Shown: positions 12,001 to 24,400 of the stretch, piece by piece
Layout of the letters: each line of letters begins with the position of its first letter
Numbering within the stretch: position 1 is the stretch's first letter
DNA from: Eledone cirrhosa
Lineage: Eukaryota
DNA length: 64,000 nucleotides
Assembly: GCA_964016885.1 (NCBI GenBank)
Contig: OZ024742.1
Coordinates: forward strand, 363,630,001 to 363,694,000
Direction of reading: 5' to 3'
Notes under the pieces: model-generated
The model's database searches: none
The model's input: the letters and a program-made list of their open reading frames with translations, nothing else
Told to the model about the DNA's origin: nothing
Position numbers and translations under genes: made by a program

Positions 12001-15000
12001 GTGTGTGGGAGGGAGTGTGTGTATGTGGTTGAGAGCCGTAGTGTGTGGTGTGGGAGGGAGTGTGTGTATGTGGTTGAGAGCCTTAGTGTGTGGTGTGGGA
12101 GGGAGTGTGTGTATGTGGTTGAGAGCCGTAGTGTGTCGTGTGGGAGGGAGTGTGTGTATGTGGTTGAGAGCCGTAGTGTGTGGTGTGGGAGGGAGTGTGT
12201 GTATGTGGTTGAGAGCCGATAGTGTGTGGTGTGGGAGGGAGTGTGTGTATGTGGTTGAGAGCCGTAGTGTGTGGTGTGGGAGGGAGTGTGTGTATGTGGT
12301 TGAGAGCCTTAGTGTGTGGTGTGGGAGGGAGTGTGTGTATGTGGTTGAGAGCCTTAGTGTGTGTGTGGGAGGGAGTGTGTGTATGTGGTTGAGAGCCGTA
12401 GTGTGTGGTGTGGGAGGGAGTGTGTGTATGTGGTTGAGAGCCATAGTGTGTGGTGTGGGAGGGAGTGATCGTGCTATGTGGTTGAGAGCCGTAGTGTGTC
12501 GTGTGGGGGAGTGTGTGTATGTGGTTGAGAGCCTTATTGTGTGGTGTGGGAGGAGTGTGTGTATGTGGTTGAGAGCCATAGTGTGTGGTGTGGGAGGGAG
12601 TGTGTGTATGTGGTTGAGAGCCGTAGTGTGTGGTGTGGGAGGGAGTGAGTGTATGTGGTTGAGAGCCTTAGTGTGTGGTGTGGGAGGGAGTGTGTGTATG
12701 TGGTTGAGAGCCTTAGTGTAGTGGTGTGGGAGGGAGTGAATCGTGTGATGGGTGGAGCCGTAGTTTGTGTGGTGTTGGGAGGAGTGATTAGTCCGTGCTG
12801 ATATGTGAGTTGATAGCCATAGTGTGTGTGTGGAGGAGTGATGTGTGGTGTGGGAGGGAGTGTGTGTATGTGGTTGAGAGCCGTAGTGTGTGGTGTGGGG
12901 GGAGTGTGTGTATGTGGTTGAGAGCCGTAGTGTGTGGTGTGAGAGGGAGTGTGTGTATGTGGTTGAGAGACTTAGTGTGTGGTGTGGGGGAGGAGTGTGT
13001 GTATGTGGTTGAGAGCCGTAGTGTGTGGTGTGGGGGGCGTGTGTGTATGTGGTTGAGAGACTTAGTGTGTGGTGTGAGAGGGAGTGTGTGTATGTGGTTG
13101 AGAGCCGTAGTGTGTGGTGTGGGAGGGAGTGTGTGTATGTGGTTGAGAGACTTAGTGTGTGGTGTGGTGGGAGTGTGTGTATGTGGTTGAGAGCCTTAGT
13201 GTGTGGTGTGGGAGGGAGTGTGTGTATGTGGTTGAGAGCCGTAGTGTGTGGTGTGGGAGGGAGTGTGTGTATGTGGTTGAGAGCCGTAGTGTGTGGTGTG
13301 AGAGGGAGTGTGTGTATGTGGTTGAGAGCCGTAGTGTGTGGTGTGGTGGGAGTGTGTGTATGTGGTTGAGAGACTTAGTGTGTGGTGTGGGGGGGGGAGT
13401 GTGTGTATGTGGTTGAGAGCCGTAGTGTGTGGTGTGGGGGGCGTGTGTGTATGTGGTTGAGAGACTTAGTGTGTGGTGTGGGGGGGGAGTGTGTGTATGT
13501 GGTTGAGAGCCTTAGTGTGTGGTGTGGGAGGGAGTGTGTGTATGTGGTTGAGAGCCTTAGTGTGTGGTGTGGGAGGGAGTGTGTGTATGTGGTTGAGAGC
13601 CTTAGTGTGTGGTGTGGTGGGAGTGTGTGTATGTGGTTGAGAGCCTTAGTGTGTGGTGTGGGAGGGAGTGTGTGTATGTGGTTGAGAGCCGTAGTGTGTG
13701 GTGTGGGAGGGAGTGTGTGTATGTGGTTGAGAGCCGTAGTGTGTGGTGTGAGAGGGAGTGTGTGTATGTGGTTGAGAGCCGTAGTGTGTGGTGTGAGAGG
13801 GAGTGTGTGTATGTGGTTGAGAGCCGTAGTGTGTGGTGTGAGAGGGAGTGTGTGTATGTGGTTGAGAGCCGTAGTGTGTGGTGTGGGAGGGAGTGTGTGT
13901 ATGTGGTTGAGAGCCGTAGTGTGTGGTGTGGGAGGGAGTGTGTGTATGTGGTTGAGAGCCGTAGTGTGTGGTGTGGGAGGGAGTGTGTGTATGTGGTTGA
14001 GAGCCGTAGTGTGTGGTGTGGGAGGGAGTGTGTGTATGTGGTTGAGAGCCGTAGTGTGTGGTGTGGGAGGGAGTGTGTGTATGTGGTTGAGAGCCGTAGT
14101 GTGGTGTGTGGAGGGAGTGTGTGTATGTGGTTGAGAGCCGTAGTGTGTGGTGTGAGAGGGAGTGTGTGTATGTGGTTGAGAGCCGTAGTGTGTGGTGTGG
14201 GAGGGAGTGTGTGTATGTGGTTGAGAGCCGTAGTGTGTGGTGTGGGAGGGAGTGTGTGTATGTGGTTGAGAGCCGTAGTGTGTGGTGTGGGAGGGAGTGT
14301 GTGTATGTGGTTGAGAGCCGTAGTGTGTGGTGTGGGAGGGAGTGTGTGTATGTGGTTGAGAGCCGTAGTGTGTGGTGTGGGAGGGAGTGTGTGTATGTGG
14401 TTGAGAGCCGTAGTGTGGTGTGTGGGAGGGAGTGTGTGTATGTGGTTTAGAGCCTTAGTGTGAAGTGTGTGGGGGGGGGGGGGAGTGTGTGTATGTGGTT
14501 GAGAGCCGTAGTGTGTGGCGTGGGAGGGGAGTGTGTGTATGTGGTTTGAGAGCGTTAGTGTGTGGTGTGGGAGGGAGTGTGTGTATGTGGTTGAGAGCCT
14601 TAGTGTGTGTATGTGGGAGGGAGTGTGTGTATGTGGTTGAGAGCCTTAGTGTGTGGTGTGGGAGGGAGTGTGTGTATGTGGTTGAGAGACGTAGTGTGTG
14701 GTGTGGGAGGGAGTGTGTGTATGTGGTTGAGAGCCGTAGTGTGTGGTGTGGGAGGGAGTGTGTGTATGTGGTTGAGAGCCGTAGTGTGTGGGTGTGGGAG
14801 GGAGTGTGTGTATGTGGTTGAGAGCCGTAGTGTGTGGTGTGGGGGGAGTGTGTGTATATGGTTGAGAGCCTTAGTGTGTGGTGTGGGAGGAAGTGAGTGT
14901 ATGTGGTTGAGAGCCGTAGTGTGTGGTGTGGGGGGAGTGTGTGTATATGGTTGAGAGCCTTAGTGTGTGGTGTGGGAGGGAGTGAGTGTATATGGTTGAG

Positions 15001-18000
15001 AGCCGTAGTGTGTGTATGTGGGGGGAGTGTGTGTATTTGGTTGAGAGCCTTAGTGTGTGGTGTGGGAGGGAGTGAGTGTATGTGGTTGAGAGCCGTAGTG
15101 TGTGGTGTGGGGGGAGTGTGTGTATGTGGTTGAGAGCCTTAGTGTGTGGTGTGGGAGGAAGTGTGTGTATGTGGTTGAGAGCCGTAGTCTGTGGTGTGGG
15201 AGGGAGTGTGTGTATGTGGTTGAGAGCCGTAGTGTGTGGTGTGGGAGGGAGTGTGTGTATGTGGTTGGAAGCCGTAGTGTGTGGTGTGGGAGGGAGTGTG
15301 TGTATGTGGTTGAGAGCCGTAGTGTGTGGTGTGGGAGAGTGTGTGTGTATGTGGTTGAGAGCCGTAGTGTAGAGTGTGAGAGGTAGTGTGTGTGTGGAGA
15401 GTGTGTGTATGTGGTTGAGAGCGTAGTGTAGTGTGTGGGAGGGAGTGTGTGTATGTGGTTGAGAGCCTTAGTGTGAAGTGTGGGGGGGGGAGTGTGTGTA
15501 TGTGGTTGAGAGCCTTAGTGTGTGGTGTGGGAGGGAGTGTATGTATGTGGTTGAGAGCCGTAGTGTGGTGTGTGGGAGGGAGTGTGTGTATGTGGTTGAG
15601 AGCCGTAGTGTGTGGTGTGGGAGGGAGTGTATGTATGTGGTTGAGAGCCTTAGTGTGAAGTGTGGGGGGGGGGAGTGTGTGTATGTGGTTGAGAGCCGTA
15701 GTGTGTGGTGTGGGAGGGAGTGTGTGTATGTGGTTGAGAGCCTTATTGTGTGGTGTGGGAGGGAGTGTGTGTATGTGGTTGAGAGCCTTAGTGTGTGGTG
15801 TGGGAGGGAGTGTATGTATGTGGTTGAGAGCCGTAGTGTGGTGTGTGGGAGGGAGTGTGTGTATGTGGTTGAGAGCCGTAGTGTGTGGTGTGGGAGGGAG
15901 TGTATGTATGTGGTTGAGAGCCTTAGTGTGAAGTGTGGGGGGGGGGGGAGTGTGTGTATGTGGTTGAGAGCCGTAGTGTGTGGTGTGGGAGGGAGTGTGT
16001 GTATGTGGTTGAGAGCCGTAGTGTGGTGTGTGGGAGGGAGTGTGTGTATGTGGTTGAGAGCCGTAGTGTGTGGTGTGGGAGGGAGTGTGTGTATGTGGTT
16101 GAGAGCCTTAGTGTGAAGTGTGGGGGGGGGGGGAGTGTGTGTATGTGGTTGAGAGCCGTAGTGTGTGGTGTGGGAGGGAGTGTGTGTATGTGGTTGAGAG
16201 CCGTAGTGTGGTGTGTGGGAGGGAGTGTGTGTATGTGGTTGAGAGCCGTAGTGTGTGGTGTGGGAGGGAGTGTATGTATGTGGTTGAGAGCCGTAGTGTG
16301 TGGTGTGGGAGGGAGTGTGTGTATGTGGTTGAGAGCCGTAGTGTGGTGTGTGGGAGGGAGTGTGTGTATGTTGTTGAGAGCCGTAGTGTGGTGTGTGGGA
16401 GGGAGTGTGTGTATGTGGTTGAGAGCCGTAGTGTGTGGTGTGGGAGGGAGTGTGTGTATGTGGTTGAGAGCCTTAGTGTGTGGTGTGGGAGGGAGTGTGT
16501 GTATGTGGTTGAGAGCCGTAGTGTGGTGTGTGGGAGGGAGTGTGTGTATGTGGTTGAGAGCCGTAGTGTGTGGTGTGGGAGGGAGTGTGTGTATGTGGTT
16601 GAGAGCCTTAGTGTGTGGTGTGGGAGGGAGTGTGTGTATGTGGTTGAGAGCCGTAGTGTGGTGTGTGGGAGGGAGTGTGTGTATGTGGTTGAGAGCCGTA
16701 GTGTGGTGTGTGGGAGGGAGTGTGTGTATGTGGTTGAGAGCCGTAGTGTGTGGTGTGGGAGGGAGTGTGTGTATGTGGTTGAGAGCCTTAGTGTGTGGTG
16801 TGGGAGGGAGTGTGTGTATGTGGTTGAGAGCCGTAGTGTGTGGTGTGGGAGGAGTGTGTGTATGTGGTTGAGAGCCTTAGTGTGTGGTGTGGGGGGAGTG
16901 TGTGTATGTGGTTGAGAGCCGTAGTGTGTGGTGTGGGAGGGAGTGTGTGTATGTGGTTGAGAGCCTTAGTGTGTGGTGTGGGAGGGAGTGTGTGTATGTG
17001 GTTGAGAGCCGTAGTGTGGTGTGTGGGAGGGAGTGTGTGTATGTGGTTGAGAGCCGTAGTGTGGTGTGTGGGAGGGAGTGTGTGTATGTGGTTGAGAGCC
17101 GTAGTGTGTGGTGTGGGAGGGAGTGTGTGTATGTGGTTGAGAGCCTTAGTGTGTGGTGTGGGAGGGAGTGTGTGTATGTGGTTGAGAGCCGTAGTGTGGT
17201 GTGTGGGAGGGAGTGTGTGTATGTGGTTGAGAGCCGTAGTGTGGTGTGTGGGAGGGAGTGTGTGTATGTGGTTGAGAGCCGTAGTGTGTGGTGTGGGAGG
17301 GAGTGTGTGTATGTGGTTGAGAGCCTTAGTGTGTGGTGTGGGAGGGAGTGTGTGTATGTGGTTGAGAGCCGTAGTGTGGTGTGTGGGAGGGAGTGTGTGT
17401 ATGTGGTTGAGAGCCGTAGTGTGGTGTGTGGGAGGGAGTGTGTGTATGTGGTTGAGAGCCGTAGTGTGTGGTGTGGGAGGGTGTGTGTGTATGTGGTTGA
17501 GAGCCTTAGTGTGTGGTGTGGGAGGGAGTGTGTGTATGTGGTTGAGAGCCGTAGTGTGTGGTGTGGGAGGAGTGTGTGTATGTGGTTGAGAGCCTTAGTG
17601 TGTGGTGTGGGGGGAGTGTGTGTATGTGGTTGAGAGCCGTAGTGTGTGGTGTGGGAGGGAGTGTGTGTATGTGGTTGAGAGCCTTAGTGTGTGGTGTGGG
17701 AGAGAGTTTGTGTATGTGGTTGAGAGCCTTAGTGTGGTGTGTGGGAGGGAGTGTGTGTATGTGGTTGAGAGCCGTAGTGTGTGGTGTGGGAGGGAGTGTG
17801 TGTATGTGGTTGAGAGCCTTAGTGTGTGGTGTGGGAGGGAGTGTGTGTATGTGGTTGAGAGCCGTAGTGTGTGGTGTGGGAGGAGTGTGTGTATGTGGTT
17901 GAGAGCCTTAGTGTGTGGTGTGGGGGGAGTGTGTGTATGTGGTTGAGAGCCGTAGTGTGTGGTGTGGGAGGGAGTGTGTGTATGTGGTTGAGAGCCTTAG

Positions 18001-21000
18001 TGTGTGGTGTGGGAGAGAGTGTGTGTATGTGGTTGAGAGCCGTAGTGTGAAGTGTGTGGGGGGGGGGAGTGTGTGTATGTGGTTGAGAGCCTTAGTGTGT
18101 GGTGTGGGAGGGAGTGTGTGTATGTGGTTGAGAGCCGTAGTGTGTGGTGTGGGAGGGAGTGTGTGTATGTGGTTGAGAGCCTTAGTGTGTGGTGTGGGAG
18201 GCAGTGTGTGTATGTGGTTGAGAGCCGTAGTGTGTGGTGTGGGAGGCAGTGTGTGTATGTGGTTGAGAGCCTTAGTGTGTGGTGTGGGGGGGAGTGTGTG
18301 TATGTGGTTGAGAGCCGTAGTGTGTGGTGTGGGAGGGAGTGTGTGTATGTGGTTGAGAGCCGTAGTGTGTGGTGTGGGGGGAGTGTGTGTATGTGGTTGA
18401 GAGCCTTATTGTGTGGTGTGGGAGGGAGTGTGTGTATGTGGTTGAGAGCCGTAGTGTGTGGTGTGGGAGGGAGTGTGTGTATGTGGTTGAGAGCCTTAGT
18501 GTGTGGTGTGGGAGGGAGTGTGTGTATGTGGTTGAGAGCCTTAGTGTGTGGTGTGGGAGGGAGTGTGTGTATGTGGTTGAGAGCCGTAGTGTGTGGTGTG
18601 GGAGGGAGTGTGTGTATGTGGTTGAGAGCCGTAGTGTGTGGTGTGGGAGGCAGTGTGTGTATGTGGTTGAGAGCCTTAGTGTGTGGTGTGGGGGGGAGTG
18701 TGTGTATGTGGTTGAGAGCCGTAGTGTGTGGTGTGGGAGGGAGTGTGTGTATGTGGTTGAGAGCCGTAGTGTGTGGTGTGGGGGGAGTGTGTGTATGTGG
18801 TTGAGAGCCTTATTGTGTGGTGTGGGAGGGAGTGTGTGTATGTGGTTGAGAGCCGTAGTGTGTGGTGTGGGAGGGAGTGTGTGTATGTGGTTGAGAGCCT
18901 TAGTGTGTGGTGTGGGAGGGAGTGTGTGTATGTGGTTGAGAGCCGTAGTGTGTGGTGTGGGGGGGAGTGTGTGTATGTGGTTGAGAGGCTTAGTGTGTGG
19001 TGTGGGAGGCAGTGTGTGTATGTGGTTGAGAGCCGTAGTGTGTGGTGTGGGAGGGAGTGTGTGTATGTGGTTGAGAGCCGTAGTGTGTGGTGTGGGAGGC
19101 AGTGTGTGTATGTGGTTGAGAGACGTAGTGTGTTGTGTGGGGGGAGTGTGTGTATGTGGTTGAGAGCCGTAGTGTGTGGTGTGGGAGGGAGTGTGTGTAT
19201 GTTGCTGAGAGCCTTAGTGTGTAGTGTGGGAGGGAGTGTGTGTATGTGGTTGAGAGCCGTAGTGTGGTGTGTGGGAGGGAGTGTGTGTATGTGGTTGAGA
19301 GCCTTAGTGTGTGGTGTGGGAGGGAGTGTGTGTATGTGGTTGAGAGCCGTAGTGTGGTGTGTGGGAGGGAGTGTGTGTATGTGGTTGAGAGCCTTATTGT
19401 GTGGTGTGGGAGGGAGTGTGTGTATGTGGTTGAGAGCCGTAGTGTGTGGTGTGGGAGGGAGTGTGTGTATGTGGTTGAGCGCCGTAGTGTGTCGTGTGGG
19501 GGGGAGTGTGTGTACGTGGTTGAGAGCCGTAGTGTGTGGTGTCGGAGGGAGTGTGTGTATGTGGTTGAGAGCCGTAGTGTGTGGTGTGGGGGGGGGGTGT
19601 ATGTGGTTGAGAGCCTTAGTGTGTGGTGTGGGAGGGAGTGTGTGTATTTGGTTGAGAGACGTAGTGTGGTGTGGGAGGCAGTGTGTGTATGTGGTTGAGA
19701 GCCTTAGTGTGTGGTGTGGGAGGGAGTGTGTGTATGTGGTTGAGAGCCGTAGTGTGTGGTGTGGGAGGGAGTCTGTGTATGTGGTTGAGAGCCTTAGTGT
19801 GTGGTGTGGGAGGGAGTGTGTGTATGTGGTTGAGAGCCTTAGTGTGTGGTGTGGGAGGGAGTGTGTGTATGTGGTTGAGAGCCTTAGTGTGTGGTGTGGG
19901 AGGCAGTGTGTGTATGTGGTTGAGAGCCGTAGTGTGTGGTGTGGGAGGCAGTGAGTGTATGTGGTTGAGAGCCTTAGTGTGTGGTGTGGGAGGGAGTGTG
20001 TGTATGTGGTTGAGAGCCGTAGTGTGTGTATGTGGGAGGGAGTGTGTGTATGTGGTTGAGAACCTTAGTGTGTAGTGTGGGAGGGAGTGTGTGTATGTTG
20101 TTGAGAGCCGTAGTGTGTGGGGTGGGAGGGAGTGTGTGTATGTGGTTGAGAACCTTAGTGTGTGGTGTGGTAGAGAGTGTGTGTATTTGGTTGAGAGACG
20201 TAGTGTGGTGTGTGGGAGGGAGTGTGTGTATGTGGTTGAGAGCCTTAGTGTGTGGAGTGGGGGGGAGTGTGTGTATGTGGTTGAGAGCCTTAGTGTGTGG
20301 TGTGGGAGGGAGTGTGTGTATGTGGTTGAGAGCCTTAGTGTGTGGTGTGGGAGGGACTGTGTGTATGTGGTTGAGAGCCGTAGTGTGTGGTGTGGGAGGG
20401 AGTGTGTGTACGTGGTTGAGAGCCTTCGTGTGTGGTGTCGGAGGGAGTGTGTGTATGTGGTTGAGAGCCGTAGTGTGTGGTGTGGGGGGGGGGGGGGGGT
20501 GTATGTGGTTGAGAGCCGTAGGGTGTGGTGTGGGACGGAGTGTGTGTATGTGGTTGAGAGCCGTAGGGTGTGGTGTGGGACGGAGTGTGTGTATGTGGTT
20601 GAGAACCTTAGTGTGTGGTGTGGGAGGCAGTGTGTGTATGTGATTGAGAGCCGTAGGGTGTGGTGTGGGACGGAGTGTGTGTATGTGGTTGAGACCCTTA
20701 GTGTGTGGAGTGGGGGGGAGTGTGTGTATGTGGTTGAGAGCCGTAGTGTGTGGGGTGGGAGGGAATGTGTGTATGTGGTTGAGAGCCGTAGTGTGTGGTG
20801 TGGGAGGGAGTGTGTGTATGTGGTTGAGAGCCTTAGTGTCTGGGGTGGGAGGGAATGTGTGTATGTGGTTGAGAGCCGTAGTGTGTGGTGTGGGAGGGAG
20901 TGAGTGTATGTGGTTGAGAGCCTTAGTGTGTGGAGTGGGAGAGAGTGTGTGTATGTGGTTGAGAGCCATAGAGTGTGGTGTGGGAGGGACTGTGTGTATG

Positions 21001-21492
21001 TGGTTGAGAGCCTTAGTGTGTGGTGTGGGAGAGAGTGTGTGTATGTGGTTGAGAGCCGTAGTGTGTGGGTGTGGTGGAGTGTGTGTATGTGGTTGAGAGC
21101 CGTAGTGTGTGTATGTGGGAGGGAGTGTGAGTATGTGGTTGGGGGCCGTAGTGTATGGTGTGGGGGAGTGTGTGTATGTGGTTGAGAGCCTTAGTGTGTA
21201 GTGTGGGTGGGAAGTGTGTGTATATGGTTGAGTGCCGTAGTGTGTGTATGTGGGAGGGAGTGTGTGTATGTGGTTGGGAGCCGTAGTGTATGATGTGGGG
21301 GGAGTGTGTGTACGTGGTTGAGAGCCGTAGTGTGTGGTGGGAGGGGGAGTAGTGTCTGTATGTGGTTGAGAGACGTAGTGTGTGATGTGGGAGAGAGTGT
21401 GTGTATATGGTTGAGAACCTTAGCGTGTGGTGTGGGAGGGAGTGTGTGTATGTGGTTGAGAGACATAGTGAGTGGTGTGGGGCGGAGTGTGT
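1..21492. repeat. 45-bp GT/G-rich minisatellite array (runs off the left edge)
   Basis: Unit GTGTGTGTATGTGGTTGAGAGCC(G/T)TAGTGTGTGGTGTGGGAGGGA repeated head to tail. 44-bp and other indel variants occur, CCGTAG/CCTTAG variants often alternate, and divergence rises after about 20400. Confidence 0.98.
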
Positions 21493-24400
21493 GTCAATGT
21501 GTCTGACTGTGTTCCTGTGTGTGTCAAAGTGTTCGACTGTGTAATGCGTGTGTCAATGTGTCTGAATGTGTAATTATCTGTGTCAATGTGTCTGACTGTG
21601 TTCTTGTGTGTGTCAATGTTTCTGACTGTATAATTGTGTGTGTCAATGTGTCTGACTGTGTTCTTGTCTGTGTCAATGTGTCTGACTATGTACCTGTGTG
21701 TGTCAATGTGTCTGACAGTGTACCTCTGTGTGTCAATGTGTCTGACTGTGTAACTGTGTATGTCAATGTGTCTGACTGTGTACCTCTGTGTGTGAATGTG
21801 TCTGACCGTGTAACTGTGTGTCAATGTGTCCGACTGTGTACCTGTGTGTTTCAATGTGTGTGACTGTGTAACTCTGTGTGTCAATGTGTCTGACTGTGTA
21901 CCTGTGTTTGTCAAAATGTCTGATTGTGTAAGTGTGCGTGTCAATGTGTCTGACAGTGTAAATGTGTGTGTCAATGTGTCTGACTGTGGAGCTGTGTGTG
22001 TCAATGTGTCTGACTATGAAGCTGTGTTTTTCAACGTGTCTGAATGTGTAACTGTGTGAGTCAATGTGTCTTACTGTTTACCTGTGTGTGTCAATGTGTC
22101 TGCCTGTGTAACTGTGTGTCAATGTGACTGACTACCTGTGTGTTTCAATGTGTGTGACTGTGTAACTGTGTGTGTCAATGTGTCTGACTGTGGAGCTGTG
22201 TGTGTCAATATGTCTGAATATGAAGCTGTGTGTGTCAATGTGTCTTACTGTGTACCTGTGTGTGTCAATGTGTCTGCCTGTGTAACTGTGTATCAATGTG
22301 TCTGACTGTACCTGTATGTGTCAATTTGTCTGAGTGTGTAACTGTGTGTGTCAATGTGTCTGACTGTGTAACTGCGTGTGTTAATGTGTCTGACTATGAA
22401 CCTGTGTTTGTCAATGTCTCTGACTGTGTAACTGTGTGTCAATGTGTCTGAGTGTACCTGTGTGTTTCAATATGTCTGACTGTGGAACTGTCTGTGTCAA
22501 TGTGTCTGACTATGAACTTGTGTGTGTCAAAGTGTCTGATTGTGTAATTGTGTGTCAATGTGTCTGACTGTGCAACTGTGTGTGTCAATGTGTCTGACTA
22601 TGAAGCTGTGTGTGTCAATGTGTCTTACTGTGTAGCTGTGTGTGTCAATGTGTCTGCCTGTGTAACTGTCTGTGTCAATGTGTCTGACTGTACCTGTGTG
22701 TTTCAATGAGTGTGACTGTGTAACTGTGTGTGTCACTGTGTCTGACTATGAAGCTGTGTGTGTCAATGTGTCTGAGTGTGTAACTGTTTGTCAATGTGTC
22801 TGACTGTGTACCTGTGTTTGTCAAAATGTCTGATATTGTAAGTGTCTGTGTCAATGTGTCTGACTGTGTAAATGTGTGTGTCAATGTGTCTGACTGTGGA
22901 GCTGTGTGTGTCAATGTGTCTGCCTGTGTAACTGTGTATCAACGTGTCTGACTGTACCTGTGTGTGTCAATTTGTCTGAGTGTGTAACTGTGTGTGTCAA
23001 TGTGTCTGACAATGAACCTGTGTGTGTCAATGTCTCTGACTGTGTAACTGTGTGTCAATGTGTCTGAGTGGACCTGTGTGTTTCAATGTGTCTGATTGTG
23101 TAACTGTGTGTGTCAATGTCTCTGAATGTGTACATGTGTGTGTCAATGTGTCTGACTGTGTAACTGTCTGTGTCAATGTGTCTGACTCTGACGCTGTGTG
23201 TGTCAATGTGTCTTACTGTGTAGCTGTGTGTGTCAATGTGTCTGCCTGTGTAACTGTGTGTCAATGTGTCTGACTGTACCTGTATGTTTCAATTAGTGTG
23301 TCTGTGTAACTGTGTGTGTCAATGTGTCTGACTGTGTAACTGTGTGTGTCAATATGTCTGACTCTGTAAATATGTGTGTCTATGTGTCTGACTCTTTAAC
23401 TGTCTGTGTCAATGTGTCTGACTATTAACCTGTGTGTGTCAATGTTTCTGATTGTGTACCTGTGTGTGTGTCAATGTGTCTGACTATGTACCTGTGTGTG
23501 TCAATGTTTCTGACTGTGTACCTCTGTCTGTCAATGTGTCTGACTGTGTAACTGTGTATGTCAATGTGTCTGTCTCTGTAACTGTGTTTGTCAATGTGTC
23601 TGACTGGGTAACTGTGTGTGTCAATGCGTCTGCCGGTGTAACTGTCTGTTAATGTGTCTGACTGTGTAACTGTCTGCGTCAATGCGTCTGAATGTGTTCC
23701 TGTGTTTGTCAATGTGTCGGACTGTGTACCTGTGCGTGTCAAAGTGTCTGATTGTGTAACTGTGTGTGTCAATGTGTCTGACTGTGTTCCTGTGTGTGTC
23801 AATGTGTCTGACTGTACCTGTGTGTTTCAATGTGTGTGGCTGTGGAGTTGTGAGTGTCAATATGTCTGAATATGAAGCTGTGTGTGTCAATGTGTCTGCC
23901 TGTGTAACTGTGTATCAATGTGTCTGACTGTACCTGTGTGTGTCAATTTGTCTGAGTGTGTAACTGTGTGTGTCAATGTCTCTGACTGTGGAACTGTCTG
24001 TGTCAATGTGTCTGACTATGAACTTGTGCGTTTGTATGTGTCTGACTGTAACTGTGTGTGTCAATGTGTCTGACTCTGTACCTGTGTGTGTCAATGTGTC
24101 TGACTGTGGAACTGTCTGTGTCAATGTGTCTGACTATGAACTTGTGTGTGTCAAAGTGTCTGATTGTGTAATTGTGTGTGTCAATGTGTCTGACTGTGTA
24201 ACAGTGTGTGTCAATGTGTCTGACTATGAAGCTGTGTGTGTCAATGTGTCTTACTGTGTAGCTGTGTGTGTCAATGTGTCTGCCTGTGTAACTGTCTGTG
24301 TCAATGTGTCTGACTGTACCTGTGTGTTTCAATGAGAGTGACTGTGTAACTGTGTGTGTCAATGTGTCTGGCTGTGTAACTGTGTGTGTCAATATGTCTG

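Noticed and set aside
1-21492. CRISPR array or telomeric repeat
   Set aside because: No unique spacers, no cas genes, eukaryotic context, and no TTAGGG runs.
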